A stretch of DNA of 64,000 nt from Octopus vulgaris (taxonomy: Eukaryota), in NCBI GenBank assembly GCA_951406725.2, contig OX597815.1:136276001-136340000 (forward strand), in the 5' to 3' direction. The notes under the pieces are model-generated. The model saw only the letters and a list, made by a program, of their open reading frames with translations. It did not search any database and was not told the DNA's origin. Below, one piece after another: positions 53,201-64,000 of the stretch. Made by a program: the position numbers and the translations under genes. How positions within the stretch are numbered: the first letter of the stretch is position 1; each line of letters opens with the position of its first letter.

Positions 53201-54196
53201 CGTGTGTGTATTTGTGTGTGAATGTATAGGTTAAAGGGATTGCTATATAAGTATGTTATAGTGTTTAGTAAAGGGAGGTTTTATCATTTATGTTTTGTGA
53301 GTTTTAGCTTATCATGGTAGTTTTATAAAAGAATCCATTCATAATTTTTGTGTTTATTTGTCTGTGTGGGGTTGAGTGGGTTTTTGGAGTGTATGTTGAG
53401 GTTTATATGTATGTATAGGTATGTGTAAGTGGTGTGGGTATTTGTATATGTCGTGGGTGTGTGGTTTATGTGTGTGTATTTGTGTGTGAATGTTTAGGTT
53501 AGGGGGATTGCTATATAGGTATGTTATAGAGTTTAGTAAAGGGAGATTTTATCATTATATGTTTTTATGAGTTTTGGTTTATCATGGTAGGTTTGTTAAG
53601 GAATTCGTAGTAATTTGTGTCTATTTTCGATGTCTGTTGTTTTATTGCATTGTTTCATTCATAATTTTTAAGTAGTGTTCGTTTTACCAAGTGAATATAA
53701 TTTTTAATTCCATTTATTCCATTTCTCCGTTCATAATTTTAAGTGATGTCCGTTTTCTAGAGCGTGAATGTGGGTTGTATGTGTGTGTGTGTGGGAGTAT
53801 GAATAAGTATTGTGTTGAAGTATTTAGCTATTTTATTTATTTATAGTTGCCTAGACGTTTTTATGTGTATGTATAGGGATATATATATAGGTGTGTGATT
53901 TAGTGTATGTAGTTAGATATGGTTATATATAATTAGGTATATGTGTATGGATGTATATATAGTTTATTATTATATTATTATTATTTTTTTGTTTTGTTTT
54001 ATATTTTATATTTTATATTTTATATTTAATTGTTGATAGGTTTATTTTAGTTTATATATTGTTTATATATTGATTATATATGGATTATATATAGGTTATA
54101 TATGGATTATATATTTATATTTTTTCATTCATACTTTTAATTATTTTAAAATTATTATTTTTATATTTTAAAATATTGATATTTTAGATTGGAAGT

Positions 54197-54239
54197 CCAC
54201 CTGAAGATTGTCGATCAAGACAAGAAACAATTGTAGTGG
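54197..54239 (+). ncRNA. Minimal type I hammerhead ribozyme (right arm)
   Basis: CCAC-CTGAAGA-TTGTC-GATCAA-GACAA-GAAA-CAATTG-TA-GTGG. All three stems pair perfectly and the triplet is GUA. Confidence 0.88.
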
Positions 54240-54417
54240 CGGTTTTTTTTACTATTTATTAAAATTTTATGTATTGATTAAGTCTTTCCTTGTTTGTTTT
54301 GCAAAATAGTGGTTTTGTCTCTAATAATATTTTATAATATTTTACTATAAAATTGGATTTAATCCTAAATCTGTTTTTTTCCCTGTAAATTTGGATTTAT
54401 TCCCTAATATTTATTAT

Positions 54418-54454
<37 letters not shown>

Positions 54455-54609
54455 CAAGGAAAAATTGTAAAAATGCAGAATGCTCGATTGAAAGAAAATT
54501 TTAATGAAATGAGAAAATGAAAAAATATATAAATATATATAACACAAATCTTTAAAAAAACTCTTGACAAATGCCAAAATTCACACACCACATCCACCCC
54601 CAGCAGTAA

Positions 54610-55020
54610 AAAAAATGTGCACGCCCAAACTGTGGGACATGCCCCCTCCTACTTCAAGGTTCTGAATTTACCTTCAAACAAGGTACGAAGTTTAAAATCA
54701 AGACTAACTTCTCCTGTTCCTCCGAGAACCTTATCTACGTTCTCACATGCGCTGGTTGCCAACATAATTATGTTGGACAAACGAGTCTCCCGTTACGTAA
54801 ACGAGTAGCGGTGCATAAAGAACAAATAAATCTCCCGGAATACCGACAAATTCCACTGAGTGACCACATAGACTCATGCGCTAAAGACTTAAACCCCAAA
54901 TTCTATATATTCCCCTTCTACCAATGTAAAGACGGCATCACCACACAGGAGAGAATTAACAAGGAGAATCTCTTTATTGAAAAATTCCAAACACAACTTA
55001 ATATACAAACTCCTCGTTGA
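54610..55020 (+). pseudogene. PLE Cys-rich linker plus GIY-YIG endonuclease (3' fragment)
   Basis: One frame reads KKCARPNCGTCP...FSCSSENLIYVLTCAGCQHNYVGQTSLPLRKRVAVH...HIDSC...ERINKENLFIEKFQTQLN. No RT lies upstream. Confidence 0.88.
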
Positions 55021-55649
55021 TCAAACTTCCCTTTTCTACCTCATTCTTCATGGATGGACTCACACAAGTATATAAGGATACCATAGATTCATCACTTCAA
55101 GCAAAAACTTATATTCTTTAAATATCATTTTTACTATTGTTGTTATTACCAACATCTTTATTATTTATGATATAACAATCTGAAATGCAATTGTCTATGC
55201 AAATGTATATAATTAGAAATTAATATAAACAAAGTGTTAAAATCTGAAAGTTAAATTAACAAACAATTACATAAAAAAGATAATGCAAATGAAGCTAAAA
55301 TGACAATTTTATGATTTGGGGTTTTATCAGCAGCCTTTATCGAAGAACTCAAAAGAGTTGTCTCCCCTTATTCACAACACAGGAACTGAAGAACCACAAT
55401 TACTACTACTTCCTGTTTTGCCAACATCCTAAATTAAACCAAACAACACATGGCCTTACTCCCATTGGATCCTAATACCTCAAGGTAATTTTTTCGTGAA
55501 CAATCATTAAACTCAAGATACACAACGAACTCACAATGTATCGGAGTACTTATTTTTTAATTTTTATACATATTTACTATTATTCTTTTGCAAAAAACAA
55601 TGCAACTTTTTTTCCCCTTTCTCATTTTTAAAAAACCTTTTCACCTAAC

Positions 55650-55691
55650 TATTCTTGATAAGTCAAACTATGACGAAAACCGGTTTGAATA
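55650..55691 (+). ncRNA. Minimal type I hammerhead with U3:A8 core variant
   Basis: TATTC-TTGATAA-GTCA-AACTA-TGAC-GAAA-ACCGGT-TT-GAATA. Confidence 0.7.
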
Positions 55692-55835
55692 AATATATAT
55701 TTATATATTTTTTCATTTTCTCATTTAATTAAAATTTTCTTTCAATCGAGCATTCTGCATTTTTACAATTTTTCCTTGCTTATCATTTCTCCACGTGCGG
55801 TCAACACAACCCCACCATTTATTGATCTATATATG

Positions 55836-55866
<31 letters not shown>

Positions 55867-55899
55867 GTATGTAAGTATGTATGTATGTATGTATATATA

Positions 55900-56290
55900 T
55901 AGGGATTGGATAAAATAATGGAAACACCTTAAAATTTCAAACAAATTTATTTTGATATGGCGTAGGACCGGCTTTGGCATTAATTACAGCTCGAATTCTA
56001 CAAGATATGGACGTTTCCATTGGAAATTCCAAAGGAATTTTTGTCCATTCTTCAGCTAAAGCAGTCTCCAGTTCTTGTAGTGATGATAGTGGAGGATATC
56101 GTCTCTTTACTTGTTTTTCCTAAAATGCATCATAAATGTTCAATAATATTGAGATCTGGGGACTTTAGTGACCAGATAAGATGTTCACCTTTACTAGAAT
56201 GTTCCTCGTGCCATCCAATAACAACTTTAGCTGTGTGAATTGGTGCATTATCACCCTGAAAGATGGCGTTTCTCTCCAGAATAGTTCCGC
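55900..56290 (-). mobile_element. Tc1 transposon 3' fragment
   Basis: 'FQGDNAPIHTAK...SPDLNIIEHL...RIRAVINAKAGPTPY'. Confidence 0.85.
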
Positions 56291-56379
56291 AGCCATAGGA
56301 TATATATATATATGTGTGTGTGGAGAGAGAGAGAGACAGAGAGATACTGTGAATTAGTGGAAATCGCAGAGTAATTATA

Positions 56380-57240
56380 CGAGGTCTGATCAATAATTAT
56401 CCGTCAAGACTGTTGCTATAGTAACGAAGCTAGAGCAAACAAAGTGAGGCCGCTCGGCAAAGATTGACCGTAACTCTGCTCTGCTTGAGCACTAAATTTT
56501 AACGTTCTAGCATACTTTCACTATTTACACCAGTGAGTAGAAGGAAGGTGTGTAGCGTGCGAACGTCGGATTGACCATGATAGAAAAACTTGTCATGGTG
56601 ATACCTGCTCAGAAGCCTACCGAAGGTTGTATGAACAGGAATGTATGAGCCTCACACAAGTGTACTAGTGGTTCACAACTTTCCACGATCACCGAAAAAA
56701 TGTCGATATTGACGAACGTCTGGGAGACCCGCAACGAGCAGAGAAAAACATCGCAGCTGTGAGGAGAAAACGTCGAAGCACCATTCGTTAGCTATCAGAG
56801 GATTTGCAGATTAGTTACGGTTCAGTTCAGTCCATTATCACTGAAGATTTGTGTATAAGACGTATGTCTGCCACATTTGTGACTAAAATGCTTCCAACTG
56901 ACCAAAAGACTCTCGGGTTTCAGTAGCACAAGACCTCCTTGATTGCGTCCATAAAAATGAAAACATTTTGAAAACGTTGCGTAGGGCTTCGAGCAGATAT
57001 CACCAAACATTTGGCAAAATTCGATACAGATTCTCTGCTTAACTTTCTCTGTCATGGTCAATGCGACGATAAGTACGCTACATATCTTCCTTCCAAGCAC
57101 TGCGGAAAAGAGCTACAACGTTAAAACTTAGAGCGCCTGCACAGCAGAGTTCAAGATCAATCTGTTCCAAGCGGTTTTACACTTCGTGTTTTAGGTTCGT
57201 TACTATAGCAACAGTGGGGATGCTTACTGATCAGACCTCG
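56380..57240. mobile_element. Mariner-derived palindromic MITE
   Basis: TA-CGAGGTCTGATCA ... TGATCAGACCTCG-TA, with ~250-bp imperfect inverted arms. Retains the transposase N-terminus 'KQRICIEFCQMFG'. Confidence 0.85.
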
Positions 57241-58144
57241 TATACTCAAGTAGAAAACCGAAGCTGTTTTTTAATGTTTTTTATTTAATCAGAATTAAAT
57301 ATGATTCGGTATCGATAGGATTTACATAGGTACACATGTTGTAAAATTGTAAAATATTTACTACTATTAATTCTTCAAATCAAAAATTGAAATAGCACCG
57401 TCTTACCTTGGACTGAGGTGCAATATATAGTACTGAATATAAATGAGGTGTCATAAGGCCAGAGAAGAGTATAGAAAAGAAATAACACAGGCTCTGTATA
57501 TTCGTTCTTTACTCGTTTATTACTGTTCTCATTCTAACTCATGTCCATTATCAGGAAATCTTTCGTCATACATATGTCACCTCTTCAGCGACACTTCCCC
57601 TGCTAATGTATCCTCCTGCTTCGCTAAGTCCATTCTGTTCTTCTATCATGTGTATCCTTACATGCGCATACGTTTGCGTTTGTATTTGTGTGTGTGAGAG
57701 AGAGAGCGAGTATGTGTGTGTACATGTGTGTTTACGTGCGTGTGCGTATGCATGTCTATGTTTTTCGCATGTGTGCTTATGTATGTGTTATGGGCTTATA
57801 TTGTTGTCATCATTATCTTCGTTGTTCTTAGTAGCACGATGACCCTCCCCTCATCCCCGTGCTCCCCCCGCGTTGTCACTGCTGCTGCCCTTGACCTTGA
57901 CTTTTGGTACCGTTCCTGTATCTCTCTGTGTTTGTGTGTTCACCCACCCTGCTATAATCGTGGTAGTTGTTGCCGTTGTCACTTTGGTCATTGCTTTTTG
58001 GTCGCGTTGTCGATGTTGTTGTGGACGTTTGTGAAGTTAGTGTATGAGTATATGGGTTCGCTTTCTATGTTGTTTATATCCGTGCCTTTTAGACATATTT
58101 TTAATTCCTAAACATATCTATCTATATCTACATATCTACACACA

Positions 58145-58212
<68 letters not shown>

Positions 58213-58779
58213 ATTAATTTTAAAAGACGGAGAAAAAAGACTAGAAGAAATAAACAACGACGCGAGGATTTAGTAGATGCAAAGTATTAATGAGATGCCC
58301 AGAGAAGGAAAGAAACCGTGGCTGATATACGTTTCGAGCATTGTTCTTCTTCGAGAACAGGAAAGTCTAAAAGAAAAGAAAGAAGGAGGAAAAAGTCAAC
58401 AACAGTCCATGTGTAGTTTCATTTTTGAAATTACCGGAAGCAGATGGACAAAGAGAAAGTGCCCTCTGGGACAGGAGAGTGTGATGAATGGTTGATATCT
58501 ATGTGTATATGTAAGTGTGTGTCTGTGTGTGTGTATGGCAGCATGTGTGTGTTTGTGATAGCGTGTATGCGTATGTGTGAGGCCGTTATTTTTACGCATA
58601 TTTCACTACAATCTGGATTTGTGTCATTTATATTCATTATTTCCGTTTTGGAACACTTAAGAATCAGAACATGAATGACATCATGTCATATTAAGCTATC
58701 CGATATCCGTTGCCTTTTCAGTTGCTCTCCTTGTAATCACCTCTTGTCGTCAGAAAATTCTAGATCAGATAACATCTTT

Positions 58780-58819
<40 letters not shown>

Positions 58820-60954
58820 TTTTACCACACCCTTTTTCCTTCCACCCTCAGCCAATGAATGATTATCACAACAAGCACACCAGTTTCTGACAGCATTCCT
58901 GTTTTTAAAGGTGCCAGCTGTACTAAACATCAGGGATGTTCTGGCTTATAGTACAGCACTCTTACTTTACCTCTTTTATTCGCGCAGCTACTACATCGAA
59001 CCATGTGAATCAATCAGTAAATATTTAGCAATGCTGCAACTATGCAGATTGCTAAGGATTTAGATTTACGCCCTTTTTCGAATATGACTCTGCCATATCT
59101 GTGATAAAAAAAAAAACTGCTGTTACCCACTCTAGTTTGAGAAGAACTACCCTGCTTTCTTAGTTGGAGATAAAAGTTTGTACGACAGTTGTTGATCTAG
59201 CTACGAATCCACGGTATCCCACCTGTATTGAAACTATGACTACTACCGGTCTACAGATTTGAGAAATTTCAGTATGCATACAGTATACTTCATCTCACAT
59301 TCTCAAGACACTATCAACTCCAGAATCAAGACGTTTCTTATCATGTAATAAAACTCCACAATTTAAGGGTGTTGTTTTCATGCTGTAATATCTATTGGAA
59401 ATAAGAGCAGTTCCTTCAAATTCACCTGCACTTTTACTCATGACCACCATTTGGAAGTCTAGCTTCTGTATTTCCTATACTTACTGTCATGTTCTGTCCT
59501 TTTTCACTATAATTGTGATGTGATAGTGCACGATGTAGTGTTGCGTTTCTGTATTTATTAATCCTTAATTATAGTCAAGACTTGGTTATGTCATCCAAAG
59601 CATGGCAATTTCATGACAGTAACCTAACAAAGGAGCTGACAATTTTTACAGAAGCTAATGTATTGCTAACTGTAGTGTGACGCTCCACCTTGAAGGAATT
59701 TGTCACAGCTGAGTAATCCAACTCATTTTTTATGTATTGAGTGTCTTACCCATGACTACATTCAGTTCAAGTAACAAGATACAAACTTCGACACTTCTGG
59801 AGAAATTCTCAGTAGTCATCTTCAATTAGTTTTCCAGTCCCGTATCAACATATTCAAAATATAGTCAATTCTTGAAGTTGGTAATAAACTAACAATTGTT
59901 CTTATTCACAAATTTTCAAAGGCACAAATATTTATGAATATCTTTCTTCATACATCTATGCCGTTAAGGATAAAGGATAGACAGACAGACAGATACACAC
60001 ATACATACATAAATACATACATACATTGAGAGACAGAATGATAGATATGCTGGTTGAGTATTTGACCAAGGAATAATAAACTGATTAGTTACGCCAGAAA
60101 AATATCTATGGACCAATTGACTGCCTTTAAAAGTATTTTGTCCACTGATTAGATATGAATAATCAATGTGAATTATCAAATATCAAATAATTTCTAGTGC
60201 AAGCTGATTTATCTAATACGGAAACAAAGCAAGCGCTGATAAATAATGAAGTAAATGCAAATCGTGTACTTTTCTGGTGCACTAAATCTGTGGAGTGCAT
60301 ACGAGGATTGGGCAATGAATTAGTGATGGGGAAAGTGACGAAGGTGTGTTTATAGAGTGCAGAGGTAACAAATGAAATACCACACAATTATTAATTAAAA
60401 TAGTAGAACGAAATAATTCAATTCATGGCGCTCCTTTTTGTAAGTGACCGTGCTGCTAATGAAGAGCAATGCACAAGCAATCTGGAAGTCAGTGGTTCGC
60501 ATACTTTTACTTCAATCCTTCCTCTCCGCCATTGATGCCAATAATTCTCAATGGCAGAATAGTAAGCAGCTAGTGCAAGATGTTAGGTACATTATGCATT
60601 GTAAGATTAGTGATTCTCGCGCATGTTGTTTTGAGTTAAATTCTTTTGTCAGGAGAAATACCCTGATATACGTATGTTGTGTATAGAGGCATTCCATGTA
60701 ATTTCGGTTCCAACGGATCGTGTTTTACAATAAAAAGAGACCTGGACGAAAAATTACCATAGTTTCTGTCAATTCTGTTCCTTAAAACTTATAGCGTTGC
60801 CTGAAGTGTGGTGTGTAGATAATGAAAAATGCATTTAACATACAGAACATAAACGCCACATGACAGTCCGGTGATTATAAAATGCATCATCCGCTTCACT
60901 GGTATGGTTTTTACCTATCAAACTATCGTTTTACGCCTCCCCTTCAATAATTCT

Positions 60955-61016
60955 ACTGCCACTGCTACCACTGCTACCACTGCTACCACTGCTGCTACTA
61001 CTACTACTACTGCTGT

Positions 61017-61115
<99 letters not shown>

Positions 61116-61142
61116 CTCTACTACTATTACTACTACTGCTGC
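60955..61142. repeat. (ACT)n/(AAT)n trinucleotide repeat
   Basis: Direct reading of the sequence. Confidence 0.95.
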
Positions 61143-61167
61143 TGTGTCTACATAAAATCCATTTATA

Positions 61168-62530
61168 CAGTTGCGGCCAAAATGTTCTGAACGGCATTGT
61201 TTTCGCCAGAAAAGTAGGTATAAGTTTTTATCATAGTTGTTTTATATTCTATAATTTTCACATACAATAAATACAATATTAATTGTTATTGTCTGAGATT
61301 TTGGTGTAATTTGAGAGGATAATACAAAAGTTATGGATGATTTAGTGATTCACTGCAAAACCCATGGCGGCGAAAATTATCAGAACGGTTGCTTTTACTC
61401 CGTGTTTTAGTATATTTAACCGGCGAACTCTAATGTTTTGAATTTGTTTACGTGATGGTTCGTTTACTAAACATTAGTAAGAATATCTGCAGTGTACTTT
61501 GTTAATATAATGCCACTTACTCCGTTACCAATTCGTCAGCAGATTATTAAGCTTCGAAAGAAGGATAATTTAAGTATTGGGTCTATTGCAAAGATTGTTA
61601 ACAAGTCAAAAAGTGTTGTTCACGGTATTCTTAAGGTCTTCGATGATTGTGGTTCGTGTGAAGCAAGAAAGTCTACAGGTAGGCTAAGAAAAACGACCAA
61701 GAGAGAAGATTGTGCTATGGTAAAGTTGGTTAGAAAGGACAGATTTAAAACTGCTGCTGCTGTTTCTTGGGAAATGAGCATAGTAATGAAGAAAACGTTA
61801 TCTCGAAAAACAGTGTCTCATCGTTTAGTTGAACATAACCTACAAGCAAGATCACCTCCAGTGAAGCCACTGATCAGCTCCAAAAATAAGAACTGTCGTC
61901 TTATCTTTGCAATCGAACATCAGTTGTGGTCTCAAGAAAAATGGCAATCGGTGCATTTCAGGGATGAATCTAAGTCTATGTTATTTGGCTCAGATGGTTC
62001 GTTGAAAAGTAGGTGAAACATTGTCGCCTAAATGCCTTAAGACTAATGTTAAATTCGGTGGAGGAAGTGTCATGGTTTGGGGGATGATATCTGGAGATGG
62101 TGTGGGCTCTTTGGTGCGATTACATGGAAAGTTAAATGCAGGAGTTTATAAACAACATGTAAAAGATCATGTCTTGCCTGTGCTGAGAAATTCAACTAAG
62201 CGACCACCCATATTCATGCAGGACAATGCCCCATGTCACAAGGCTAAGGTGGTCATGAACTTCCTCAAGGCTGAAAAGGATCTCAATCCTATTGAAAATG
62301 TGTGGAATATTCTAGGAGAACGTTCGAAAGCCAGAAATCCTAAAACAACCGAGCAATTATGGAATGCCCTTCAGGAAGAATGGAATAAGATCACCTAGCA
62401 AAACATTGAAAATTTAATTTCCTCATGCAGTCAAAGTGTGATTGAAGCTAAAGTGCTTCACACTAAATATTAAATAATTCCAGTATTCTCTGTCATTTTT
62501 TATTATTTTGTTATTTTTTCGTTTAAATAA
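61168..62530 (+). mobile_element. Tc1-family transposon, left IR/DR end only
   Basis: TA-CAGTTGCGGCCAAAATGTTCTGAACGG, with an inner DR-like copy at about 61363. No right TIR was found. Confidence 0.8.
61510..62473 (+). pseudogene. Tc1 transposase, with deletions and stops
   Basis: HTH, 'KPLIS', 'VHFRDESK', 'VKFGGGSVMVWG', 'FMQDNAPCH', 'DLNPIENVW' and 'TKY*'. Confidence 0.92.
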
Positions 62531-64000
62531 ATTGCTGCGAGTAAAGCAGGAAGGGAGTAACAAAAAATTTCAAAAGACATAACTTTAAATGGATTCTAAA
62601 AATGAATAAGACAAAAGAAATCCGAAGTATTTACGATAGCAAGTAAGCCTTTTTAATGTCCATGAAAATCTGTGGATGCATCATCAATTTGACCCAAGTA
62701 GGTGAGTAAGACAACAGGAGGTTATCTCTTTAATCTGTACTTAGAGCCATGAATACACTAGCTGCAATTAACTTGCTGAAACTACAATGCTTTGATTTAA
62801 CCTCCAGTCAGCTCTGATTGATTCTATATTTCTTCAAGGCATTCCACACATGACCACACATTCTTTTTTACAGGATAAATGGAATCCAGAAACACTTTAT
62901 CGAATATATCAAATACATTGTTATGTATTTTGAGGGAAATTTGAGTGCATTTCTAGATTGTTGAGTGTATGGATTTTTCCTTCGCTGGAAATGTAGCAGG
63001 AATGTTGTTTCTCAGAAAACAAATGAAAATATTTCACTTCTATAAGTGTGTAATGGGCAATAGTGTTATAAATAAAAAGCTTTGCAACTGACAGGAAATT
63101 AAAACTGGATCATGGTCTAGCTGGAAATTAAAACTGGATCATGAAGATATATTTTCATTTCCAAGGTCTCTGCTTAAAGTATTTCTTTGAATGTGTGATT
63201 TCTTACGATGTTACAAATCAGCAACATCTGAAGTTTCATAACAGATTAAATAATGCAGCCGTTCCCAAAAGGTAAGAATAAAACTCAATGGAATCTGAAA
63301 TTAAAACGATCGTATTAGAACTTAACTTACGATAAAGTTACTGCACATCACTGTCGTTCTTGCCACTACCATTGAAAAAATTGTGTCGTTTTACTTGCGC
63401 AAACCGTAACATTTGCAGGAAAATGAAAATTTGTTTTAAATTTTATACTGTTCAGAGGCTTTTGGAAGATTTTAATTAAACAGATTTGTAATTAAATGAT
63501 TTTAAATCACCTCGGTCAGTACATACTGTTGCACTTGCTATTTAATTAATCAGTACTGAAGATCGGAATTGAGCAAAAAAAAAAAAAGAAAGAAAATTAA
63601 CAACTCAGATATTTCTCAATTGTATAATGCTTTTACGTAAGAGTTCCAGTGTCATCGCGATGGCATTTTTTTGAAATTTATAATACATAGGAAAATGAAA
63701 AAATTGGTGGGAGAAGGGCGGGGAGAGAGAGGGAGAAGAGTGTTCGTGAGATCTATATGAGAGAATTAGAGAAATTGTGAGTGAGGAATGAACGCAACGT
63801 TAGAGAGGGAGAAGGTATTATAGAATAAATATTACAAATAACGATACTGATTAAACGCTTTATAACATTCATTGGTAGGAAATTAGTTTTTTCCGACAGT
63901 TGCTTGGTATTTATAAATGTTAAATTGTTTCATTGATTCGTGAAAGATAGCAGAGTGCAAAAATTTGGTTGAAACTGGGTGAATTGTACTAAATTGTTTA

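Larger units (their letters stand above)
50091..54420 (+). mobile_element. Large non-coding PLE-type element with ~1.1-kb inverted arms
   Basis: 50091-51195 is the reverse complement of 53232-54334. An unpaired tail runs 54335-54420. Each arm carries an HHR, and both ends are flanked by (TA)n. Confidence 0.85.
54452..55830 (+). mobile_element. 5'-truncated Penelope-like element (Neptune-like) with inverted pLTR segment
   Basis: 54453-54540 is inverted relative to 55694-55779. Contains a GIY-YIG coding region and a 3' HHR, and has (TA)n flanks. Confidence 0.85.

Noticed and set aside
58325-58360. Minus-strand TCGAAGA-AGAAC-AAT-GCTC-GAAACGTA hammerhead-like remnant
   Set aside because: The core is altered and stem I is unpaired. 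It is probably a decayed relative and was not called.

Overview
This is AT-rich, microsatellite-dense eukaryotic DNA with no convincing intact host gene. The SINE families and the (TA)n/(ATT)n load suggest an octopus or other cephalopod, which is an inference. The window is a layered collection of transposable elements: Tc1/mariner pseudogenes and MITEs, a non-autonomous Helitron, R4/Dong-like RLE LINEs nested in (ATT)n arrays, L1/Tx1 and CR1-type fragments, tRNA-derived SINEs, and Penelope-like element (PLE) remnants with GIY-YIG domains. The main signal is non-coding. About a dozen hammerhead ribozyme (HHR) motifs sit in PLE-type tandem or inverted repeats inserted into (TA)n tracts. They include canonical minimal type I motifs, a U3:A8 compensatory core variant and a CUGUAGA variant. 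Three full copies and one partial copy have their three strands in a non-circularly permuted, pseudoknotted order, supported by covariation between subfamilies. All folds were assigned by eye, and coordinates of degenerate elements are approximate.
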